Assembly (NCBI GenBank): GCA_040080965.1
Contig: JBEBHH010000004.1
Span: 42,170-106,169, forward strand
Direction of reading: 5' to 3'
Length of the DNA stretch: 64,000 nt
From: Gammaproteobacteria bacterium
Lineage (GTDB): Bacteria > Pseudomonadota > Gammaproteobacteria > Steroidobacterales > GCA-2729495
Shown: positions 17,855 through 24,756 of the stretch, piece after piece
Position numbering within the stretch: position 1 is the first letter of the stretch
Layout: every line of letters begins with the position of its first letter
Program-made: the position numbers and the translations under genes
The notes under the pieces: model-generated
Told to the model about the DNA's origin: nothing
The model's database searches: none
Seen by the model: the letters and a program-made list of their open reading frames with translations, nothing else

Positions 17855-19035
17855 ACAGGGACACGGCCGTAAAGCTCGCACAGGACGCCATCCGGGCGAA
17901 GAACAAACACCTGGTGGATGCCGTGCTCCGGATCCGCGCGGAGAAGGGCGGCACGTCCCCCGGACCCGGTCCGGTATCGGCGCTGCCCACCATCGCTGTG
18001 ACCTGCGCCACGGGCTGGGAGTGCTACGCGATCGTCGACGAGCTCGTCCAGACCGGCAGGTTCCGGGTGCGGGCCCTGTACCGGACCCCCGGCACCCAGG
18101 CCGCGGCCCGGCTGGAGGCCCTCCACGCCAGCGCGGAAAAGGACCATCCCGGAATACTGACCCTGCACGCCGGCGTCGACATGAATTCCGAAGAGGCCCT
18201 GACCCGGAGCTTCGCCGGCTGCGACGGGGTGGTGCTGTACACCACAGCCAATACGAGCAAGGCCGGCAAGATCAACAATCACGGCAACGACCCCGCCGGG
18301 GGCCGGGCGGCCGTGATGCGCCAGGTCATGGCAGCCCTCGGCGCCCTGAAAGCCAACCCCTCCGTCCGGCACGTCATCACCCTGATCTTCCCGACGGACA
18401 AGGTGACCGCCATCGCGGACGACGCGCCCCCGGTGCCCTGGTGGATCCACCAGAAGCTGCGCCTCTCGGATTTCCTGCGCGGCCAGGGGATCAACGTCAC
18501 CTGCATCCATCGCCCGGCCTACTACTACGCCATGCACCGGGTGGACTACGCCACGACCGAGACCCAGTACCGGGGCGACAGCAGCCTGTCGAAGACCATG
18601 ATCCGGGAGAACAACCTACCCGGCGTCACGGACCCGGACTTCCTGGTGAACTGGATCGACGTGCGGGACGTCGGCAAGTGGGTGGGCACCGTCTTCGAGT
18701 ACCCGCAGGTGTTCTCGAACCAGGACTTCTCGATTGCCTCGTCGGCGCACACGGGTGACGAACTCATCGCCATCGCGGAGAAGAGCAACCGGCACGGCAC
18801 CCGGTTCCGGTACCGCCAGTTCCCGCGCTGGCTGATGAAGCTGATCAGCATCTTCACCGACGAGGTGGTGTATCCCCTGCGCTATGCCCAGTGGTACGGC
18901 GAGGATGGCAACGCCTACGACTTTGCCAGTAACGAGGACCTGGCCGACCTGGAGCGCATCCACCCGCGCTGGTCCTTCGAGCGGGAGCTCGAGGCCTGGG
19001 GCATCAACGACATCAAGCCGGCGAAACAGCGATGA
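17851..19035 (+). CDS. NmrA-like NAD(P)-binding family protein
   Basis: Start moved to the in-frame GTG at 17851 (GTGA overlap with the upstream stop). TIAVTCATGWECYAIVDELVQTGRFRVRAL Rossmann-like N-terminus and NmrA-like length. Call is by recall. Confidence 0.6.
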   Translation: MNRDTAVKLAQDAIRAKNKHLVDAVLRIRAEKGGTSPGPGPVSALPTIAVTCATGWECYAIVDELVQTGRFRVRALYRTPGTQAAARLEALHASAEKDHPGILTLHAGVDMNSEEALTRSFAGCDGVVLYTTANTSKAGKINNHGNDPAGGRAAVMRQVMAALGALKANPSVRHVITLIFPTDKVTAIADDAPPVPWWIHQKLRLSDFLRGQGINVTCIHRPAYYYAMHRVDYATTETQYRGDSSLSKTMIRENNLPGVTDPDFLVNWIDVRDVGKWVGTVFEYPQVFSNQDFSIASSAHTGDELIAIAEKSNRHGTRFRYRQFPRWLMKLISIFTDEVVYPLRYAQWYGEDGNAYDFASNEDLADLERIHPRWSFERELEAWGINDIKPAKQR

Positions 19036-19787
19036 ATGCCCTGCGAGTCCTTGCCGGCATCGCGGTGGCAGGCGTGCTCGGGGGCTGCTCCGATCCGCCC
19101 GGCCAGTCGACGGAACCGATCGCGCCGCGGGCGGCGCGGCTGGACGACACCACCGGCATCACCCTGCCAGAACCCGCCGACGAGGGGTACTGCAAGGTGG
19201 CGCAGCAGATCCTGGCCAGCACCACCCTGACCGGCAGCAACACGGTCTTCACCGACATGCCGGAGTACCGCCACTCGAAGCCCTCGGCCGATCCGCACCG
19301 GATCTACCAGGTGGTGACCTACGACGGGGCCATGCCCGTCGTCGTGTCCTGCAAGACGAAGACGGCGGCACACCTGCGCGCGGTGTACGGGCCGGAGGCC
19401 GCCGGCACCCAGTATTTCTGCCCGGAACTCGGCCGGCGCGTCCAGCGCCAGGCGGTCGTGGAACTGACGGCGTCCGGGCAGGCGGAGGCCGCGGCCCGGG
19501 CGGCAGCGTTCATCGTGGACGACAACGAGCCCTACATGACGGGCCGGGACTACCTGGCCGATTTCGAGCTCAGCTACCAGGCTGCCGACGGCACCCTGCA
19601 CCTGAACTCGTTCGGGCTCTTCCAGAACTACGACAGCTGGATCACCGGCTTCCTGCCGTGGCAGGTGCAGGGGCAGAGCTATTGCCACGTGGCCACGGTG
19701 GACTACGTGAAGGCGCTCGCCGCGGGTGAAATCGAGCCCGGCACCGTGATCACCACGGCGGATGACGCGCCAGTCACGCCCCAGTGA
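19032..19787 (+). CDS. Lipoprotein, family not recognised
   Basis: Signal plus lipobox MNALRVLAGIAVAGVLGGC. ATGA overlap with the NmrA-like gene stop. 251 aa. Confidence 0.6.
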   Translation: MNALRVLAGIAVAGVLGGCSDPPGQSTEPIAPRAARLDDTTGITLPEPADEGYCKVAQQILASTTLTGSNTVFTDMPEYRHSKPSADPHRIYQVVTYDGAMPVVVSCKTKTAAHLRAVYGPEAAGTQYFCPELGRRVQRQAVVELTASGQAEAAARAAAFIVDDNEPYMTGRDYLADFELSYQAADGTLHLNSFGLFQNYDSWITGFLPWQVQGQSYCHVATVDYVKALAAGEIEPGTVITTADDAPVTPQ

Positions 19788-19825
19788 GTTGCCACCCCCC
19801 TCGTTGACGAACCGGGAGAGGGCCG

Positions 19826-21154
19826 TCAGACCGGGAAGCTGACAGAGACTTCGAGTCCCCGGCGCTGCGGCCCGGGACCAAACGCCAGCGTCGCGTTATG
19901 GAGTTCGGCAATGCGCCGGACGATGGAAAGCCCGAGGCCACTGCCGCCGCCCGTGGCCGCGGAGCCCCGGAAAAAGCGCTCTCCCAGGCGCCCCCGCTCG
20001 TCCGGGATGACACCGGCTCCGGCATCGGTCACGCGGAGCACGGCCCGGCCATGCTCCTTCGCGACCTCGACGAGAACGGGCGGTGCACCGTGACTGACGG
20101 CATTCGCCACGAGATTGCGCACGACGATCGCCAGCAAGGCGGCATTGCCCTGCACCTGGATGCCGGCACCAGCGTCCAGCTCGATGTCGAGCTCCGCCCC
20201 GGCCGCCGATGCCAGTTCCGCAATGGCGGTTCGGGTGACCTGGCCGAGGGGCACAGCGACGAACGAAGCTGCCGCCCCGCCCTGCTCGAGCCGCGCCAGG
20301 GTCAGCAGCTGATCCAGCAGGTCGGCCATGCGGTCCGAGGCACGGATCACCTGGTCCAGCGCCGCGTCGCGGGTCACCGCGCTGGGAGTCGTTCGCGCCA
20401 CCTCCGCCTGGGCCCGGACGGCGGCCACCGGCTTGCGAAGTTCGTGGGACGCGTCGGCGGTGAAGCGCCGTTCCAGGTCGCTCGCGCGGCGGATGCGCTC
20501 GAAGAGCTCGTTCAGGCGGCGCACCAGCGGCAGGGTTTCGGCGGGACCCGCCAGCTCGACCGGGCGCAGCTCCAGGGGGTCACGGGCGGCTACCTGGTCA
20601 CTCAACAGCGCAAGGGGCCGCAGCGCGCGCCCGATGCTCCACCACACCAGCAGGCCGAGGACGGGCAGCCCCGCCGCCAGGGGCAGCAGCGCGTTCAGCG
20701 CGACACGCCGGGCAATGGCCTCCCGGACGCTGTGATCCTCGGCTACCTCGATCAGGAATTCCCGCTCCGTGTCCCAGGTGGTGAATACCCGCCAGCGGCG
20801 CCCGGCGAGCTCGTTGTCGGAGAAACCTTCGGTGGCGGGCGAGAGCCGCTGCTTCGGTGCATCCGCTGACGACAGCACGATTTCGCCGCTGTCATTCCAG
20901 ACCTGGAAGCTGACCCGGTGGCCATAGGACCCGTTTGCAGCGAACTCACCGAGGTCCTCGGGGTCCAGTTCGAGCAGCTCGTGCCCGGCGCTGGCGGCCA
21001 GGATCGAGGTGACCTGCGCCAGGTGTGCATCCAGGAGACGGTCGGCCTCCCGGTGCGCGTCGAAGTAGGCGGCAACGGTCACGGCCAGCCAGGCGGCCGC
21101 GACCGACCCGAGAAGCAGGGTGATGAGGCGGCGCCGGATGGACACTTCAGTCAT
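19826..21154 (-). CDS. Two-component sensor histidine kinase (periplasmic sensor, QseC/PhoQ-like layout)
   Basis: Two TM segments flanking a periplasmic region, H-box FTADASHELRKPVAAV, N box VRNLVANAVSH and G boxes DAGAGV / GSGLGLSIV. Confidence 0.85.
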   Translation of the reverse strand: MTEVSIRRRLITLLLGSVAAAWLAVTVAAYFDAHREADRLLDAHLAQVTSILAASAGHELLELDPEDLGEFAANGSYGHRVSFQVWNDSGEIVLSSADAPKQRLSPATEGFSDNELAGRRWRVFTTWDTEREFLIEVAEDHSVREAIARRVALNALLPLAAGLPVLGLLVWWSIGRALRPLALLSDQVAARDPLELRPVELAGPAETLPLVRRLNELFERIRRASDLERRFTADASHELRKPVAAVRAQAEVARTTPSAVTRDAALDQVIRASDRMADLLDQLLTLARLEQGGAAASFVAVPLGQVTRTAIAELASAAGAELDIELDAGAGIQVQGNAALLAIVVRNLVANAVSHGAPPVLVEVAKEHGRAVLRVTDAGAGVIPDERGRLGERFFRGSAATGGGSGLGLSIVRRIAELHNATLAFGPGPQRRGLEVSVSFPV

Positions 21155-21828
21155 TCATTGCCGGCCTCAGGCCCCCGTGGCAGCACATAGCCGACCCCGC
21201 GCACGGTGCGGATCACGTCGGCCGCCAGCTTGCGCCGCAGGTGATGGATGTGCACCTCGATCGCATTGCTTTCCACCGCAGCATCCCAGTCGTAGAGCCG
21301 CTCTTCAAGCTGCTCCCGCGTCAGCACCCGGCCGCAGTTCAGCATGAGTTCGCGCAGGAGGTCGAACTCCCGGGGATTGAGCTCCACGTTCCTCCGCCGG
21401 AACTTCACCTTGCGCGTGCCCGCGTCCATCAGGAGTTCCCCGACCGACAGCTGGTCGGAACCGGCGCCGTGGGCGCGGCGCACTAGGGCCCGGAGCCGGG
21501 CGGCCAGCTCGGCGAGGGCTACCGGCTTGACCACGTAGTCGTCGGCGCCCGCATCGAGTCCGGTCACGCGATCGTCGATGGCGTCCCGGGCCGTGAGCAC
21601 CAGCACCGGCACCGCCTGCCCCCGGGCCCTGATCTGCCGGAGTACTTCGAGGCCCGAGCGCCTCGGCAGGCCCAGGTCGAGGACCACCGCGGCAAATTCA
21701 CCGGACCGAAGTGCCGTGTCGGCGGCGATGCCGTCGCGGACCCAGTCCACCGCAAAGCCCCGGTCCCGGAGCCCGGCCTGCAGGGCATCACCGAGCAGGC
21801 TGTCGTCCTCCACGACCAGTACGTGCAT
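21151..21828 (-). CDS. OmpR-family response regulator
   Basis: REC domain (MHVLVVEDD..VVLDLGLP..VKP) plus a winged-helix output (..IRTVRGVGYVL). ATGA overlap with the kinase start. Confidence 0.9.
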   Translation of the reverse strand: MHVLVVEDDSLLGDALQAGLRDRGFAVDWVRDGIAADTALRSGEFAAVVLDLGLPRRSGLEVLRQIRARGQAVPVLVLTARDAIDDRVTGLDAGADDYVVKPVALAELAARLRALVRRAHGAGSDQLSVGELLMDAGTRKVKFRRRNVELNPREFDLLRELMLNCGRVLTREQLEERLYDWDAAVESNAIEVHIHHLRRKLAADVIRTVRGVGYVLPRGPEAGNE

Positions 21829-21831
21829 CGT

Positions 21832-22563
21832 TCAGTCCTCGTCTTCGCTGCCGGCGCGAGCGACCAGCGTCAGCGGTTCCAGGCCGGCCGAGGCCTCGGC
21901 CGGCGCACCGGGATTCCCAAGGCTAAAGGCCCAGAACCCGAGCACCCCGGAGAGCAATGCCACGCCGACGAAGGCGGCAAAGGTGCCCCGCACGCCGGCC
22001 GCGGCCTCGGCGCGCTTGTAGCCCGTGATCATGGCACCGACCAGGTTCTCCCGGTGCAGGAGGCTGCCCAGGATGACGCCGCCGATGTGGATCCCCACGA
22101 CCCACAGCCAGCCGTTGGCCAGGATCTCGTGGACCTCCTCCACCGCGTCGCCGCCGATATCGTTGTAGGTTGCATAGCCGGTGATCCCGGTGAGCGCCGC
22201 AAGACCCAGGATGGCCCAGATGGCGAAGCTGCCGGCCGGATTGTGCCCCAGGAAGCGCGGGTCGGACCGCCGGAACAGGCTGCGCGCGTAGTCGACGGCC
22301 TCCCGAGGCGAGAAGAGGAAGGACCGGAAGCGCGCGTAACGGGTGCCAACGAGCCCCCAGACGATGCGGAAGGCCACGAGCCCCAGCACGGTGTAGCCGA
22401 ACATGACGTGGACGTCCCGGAGCCGCTCGGTCTCGGAGAGCCAGTAGGCGCCCGCGAAGCTGGCCGCGAGTGCCCAGTGGAACACCCGCACCGGGAGGTC
22501 CCAGATCAGGACGCGGATGGTGCGATCGGGGCGTCCGGTGGCGTCAGTGGCAGTTGCGTTCAT
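21832..22563 (-). CDS. Cytochrome b (Ni/Fe-hydrogenase b-type cytochrome / cytochrome b561-like) membrane protein
   Basis: IRVLIWDLPVRVFHWALAASFAGAYW start typical of this family. Four helices with conserved His. Confidence 0.8.
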   Translation of the reverse strand: MNATATDATGRPDRTIRVLIWDLPVRVFHWALAASFAGAYWLSETERLRDVHVMFGYTVLGLVAFRIVWGLVGTRYARFRSFLFSPREAVDYARSLFRRSDPRFLGHNPAGSFAIWAILGLAALTGITGYATYNDIGGDAVEEVHEILANGWLWVVGIHIGGVILGSLLHRENLVGAMITGYKRAEAAAGVRGTFAAFVGVALLSGVLGFWAFSLGNPGAPAEASAGLEPLTLVARAGSEDED

Positions 22564-22590
22564 CGACGTGCTCCTCTGCTTCCCTGCCCG

Positions 22591-23064
22591 TTACTTCGGG
22601 GGCAGCTTGATGTTGCGTTCGCTGAAATTTCCCTGGTCCGCGGTCCGGTGGCAGGCCGCGCAATTGGCGGCGCCGCCGACCGCCGGCGATTTGAACCGGG
22701 CGGCGGAGATCTCGTCGTGCTCGCCCGTGAACCACCGCGTTTCCGTGATGCGCAGGGGCGGCGGCACGGGCTCGGGCTTGCCGGCCTTCGGCTTCCGGGA
22801 ATTCGCGGCGAGCCAGGCGGTGATGTCCTTCGCCACCGCCGGTTCGATGCTGGCGTCGGTGCCGAAGTGGTCACCGAGGCCCGCCATCACCCGCTGCCAG
22901 GAACCGGCGGACAGGAAACGCGCCGGGTAGGCCAGGTGACAGGCGCCGCACTCCTCCTGCCACGCCGGGTTCGGCGCTGGCGGCGGTGTCTTCGTGGCGC
23001 CCTCGGCCGCGGCCATCGCCGCGAGTCCGGTGAGGACGGTAATGGCAATCCTGTGGCTGATCAT
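22591..23064 (-). CDS. Dihaem cytochrome c (DHC family)
   Basis: Signal peptide and two CxxCH motifs (CGACH, CAACH). ECGACHLAYPARFLSAGSWQRVMAGLGDHFGTDASI matches my recollection of the DHC family. Confidence 0.75.
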   Translation of the reverse strand: MISHRIAITVLTGLAAMAAAEGATKTPPPAPNPAWQEECGACHLAYPARFLSAGSWQRVMAGLGDHFGTDASIEPAVAKDITAWLAANSRKPKAGKPEPVPPPLRITETRWFTGEHDEISAARFKSPAVGGAANCAACHRTADQGNFSERNIKLPPK

Positions 23065-23076
23065 GGCAGTGCTCCC

Positions 23077-23478
23077 TCAGCGGCCCAGCGACCGCAGGTA
23101 CGTGATCACGTCGCCCTTCTCCAGGGCGGTGCATTCCCGGTCCAGCACGTCCTTGCAGTTGCGCTTGAACCATTTCTCGACCTTGGCCACGTCGGTGAAC
23201 CGCCGGGGATTCACCGCGGGCGCCATGGGCTCGATGGCCTTGCCGGTCACGGTGTGACGGCCGGGCCTGCGGGGATCAACCGTGTGGCAGGTGGCGCAAC
23301 TCCAGTCGGAGCCCTTCGTGCGGAAGAACGCCGCGCCGCGCTCCGCCGAGAACCCGGTGAAGTTGCCGGCCGACCGGGCCGACTGCTGGATGGCGGGCAG
23401 GGGATCCGCAGCGCTGGCGGCGCCGGCGGCAAGGGCCAGCAGCAGTGGAATGGCCTGCCTGGCAAGGTTCCGGATCAT
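23077..23478 (-). CDS. DUF1924 domain periplasmic c-type cytochrome-like protein
   Basis: Signal peptide, CATCH motif and the C-terminal block FTDVAKVEKWFKRNCKDVLDRECTALEKGDVITYL recalled from DUF1924. Confidence 0.7.
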   Translation of the reverse strand: MIRNLARQAIPLLLALAAGAASAADPLPAIQQSARSAGNFTGFSAERGAAFFRTKGSDWSCATCHTVDPRRPGRHTVTGKAIEPMAPAVNPRRFTDVAKVEKWFKRNCKDVLDRECTALEKGDVITYLRSLGR

Positions 23479-23578
23479 GGGCGTCAGCTCCGTGTAGTGG
23501 GTATGGAGCTAACCTAGGCGCCGAAAGTTAAGGGGTGCTTAAGGCAACGAATCGTCCGTAACCCGCGCCGCGCCGCGG

Positions 23579-23601
23579 GGCTGGTCCCCGTGGGACCAGC
23601 C
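23579..23601. other. GC-rich hairpin (10-bp stem, 3-nt loop) downstream of the DUF2892 gene
   Basis: GGCTGGTCCC-CGT-GGGACCAGCC read directly. It is preceded by a second small palindrome, CCCGCG..CGCGGG. No U-tract on either strand. Confidence 0.4.
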
Positions 23602-23617
23602 GGACGTCAGCCGCACG

Positions 23618-23809
23618 TCACTGGGCCGTCTTGCAGGTCCGGATGCCGAACAGCGTGTAGGCCGGGCACCAGCCGATCAGCGCGGTGAACAGGGGCACGA
23701 TGCCGATGAGTCCCCAAAGGGACTTCGGGCCGATCACGGTCAGGGACAACAGCACCAGGCCGGCGACGATGCGCAGGCCGCGATCCAGGGAACCGACGTT
23801 CTTGTTCAC
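23618..23809 (-). CDS. DUF2892 (YgaP-like) small membrane protein
   Basis: Start moved to the in-frame GTG at 23809: VNKNVGSLDRGLRIVAGLVLL..GWCPAYTLFGIRTC, the hallmark DUF2892 pattern. Confidence 0.65.
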   Translation of the reverse strand: MNKNVGSLDRGLRIVAGLVLLSLTVIGPKSLWGLIGIVPLFTALIGWCPAYTLFGIRTCKTAQ

Positions 23810-23916
23810 GGGCCATCTCCTTGATGGACAAACCACCTTCAAGGTTGCGCGCGGGACAGTGGGCGTTGCAATAATGGACACTACCTATTGCCTGCGGCCC
23901 GAGGGAGGCGCCTGCC

Positions 23917-24756
23917 ATGCTGGATCGGAGAGCCCTGTTCACCGGCTTCGGCGCCCTGGCACTGGTGGCCGCCGCCAGGCCGGCCTGGCCCCGGGCCGCG
24001 GCGGAACGAACCGGTCTCGACCTCGGCAACCGGCGCGACCTGCTGACTGCCATCGCGAAGCTGCGCGGGGCCACGGACGACCGCCTGTGCATCGGCTACG
24101 TGGTCGGCGCCCGTTACGCGGTGCCTGAGCACCGGGCGATCCCGATGATGGGCATCCTGGCCGCCACCTTCAGCCAGTACCGGCGCATCAGCGACGACGC
24201 CTTCGAGGCGCGGGCACTCGAGGTGGCCTACTTCACGGACCTGGCCACGGGCAAGCTGCTCGAGAAGTGGAAGAACCCGGTGACGGGCGCCACGGTGGAC
24301 GTGCCACTGACCCGCATGGGCCCGTCCACCATCCGCCTGACTGCCGACGGCCTGACTGTCGCGAATCCGTCCGGCGAAGCCGCGGGCCTGAAGCTCAACC
24401 ACATCTTCCAGCCGCCCGTGGTGGTGGGGGACGACGTCTGGGTGACCGAGCAGATCAACATCGACGGACCACCCGGCCCCCGCCCCTTCGTCTACAACGA
24501 ACTCAGCACGTTCCACGCCCGCAAGTCCGAACTCGACGATCCGGCACGCGCCGCAGTGGCCAGCCAGGTGCAGTACCAGAGCCTGATCACCTACCGGCCC
24601 TGGATGGGTTTCGGCGACACCCCGGGGCATACCATCGCGCGCGGCGCCGGCACCCACGTGTCCCGGATGGAGGAACTCCCGCCCTACTACCTGGAACTGA
24701 CGAAGCGCCTGCACCCGGATGTCCTGAAGGATCCGCTGGCCCTGCTGCGCTCATGA
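23917..24756 (+). CDS. Tat-exported DUF1838-like protein
   Basis: Twin-arginine signal MLDRRALFTGFGALALVAAA. LEKWKNPVTGATVDVPL and overall length resemble DUF1838 (by recall). Confidence 0.5.
   Translation: MLDRRALFTGFGALALVAAARPAWPRAAAERTGLDLGNRRDLLTAIAKLRGATDDRLCIGYVVGARYAVPEHRAIPMMGILAATFSQYRRISDDAFEARALEVAYFTDLATGKLLEKWKNPVTGATVDVPLTRMGPSTIRLTADGLTVANPSGEAAGLKLNHIFQPPVVVGDDVWVTEQINIDGPPGPRPFVYNELSTFHARKSELDDPARAAVASQVQYQSLITYRPWMGFGDTPGHTIARGAGTHVSRMEELPPYYLELTKRLHPDVLKDPLALLRS

Noticed and set aside
23579-23601. GC-rich hairpins (also 52290-52317 and 14235-14259) as canonical Rho-independent terminators
   Set aside because: None is followed by a U-tract on the relevant strand. Only the hairpin at 36953-36989 has the full stem plus T-run. 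The others are listed as hairpins of uncertain role.
24267-24752. N-terminal 162 aa of the 909-aa track ORF upstream of the DedA::reductase fusion
   Set aside because: It overlaps the DUF1838-like gene out of frame and is Arg/Pro-rich. The ATG at 24753 gives a normal hydrophobic DedA N-terminus and an ATGA coupling overlap.
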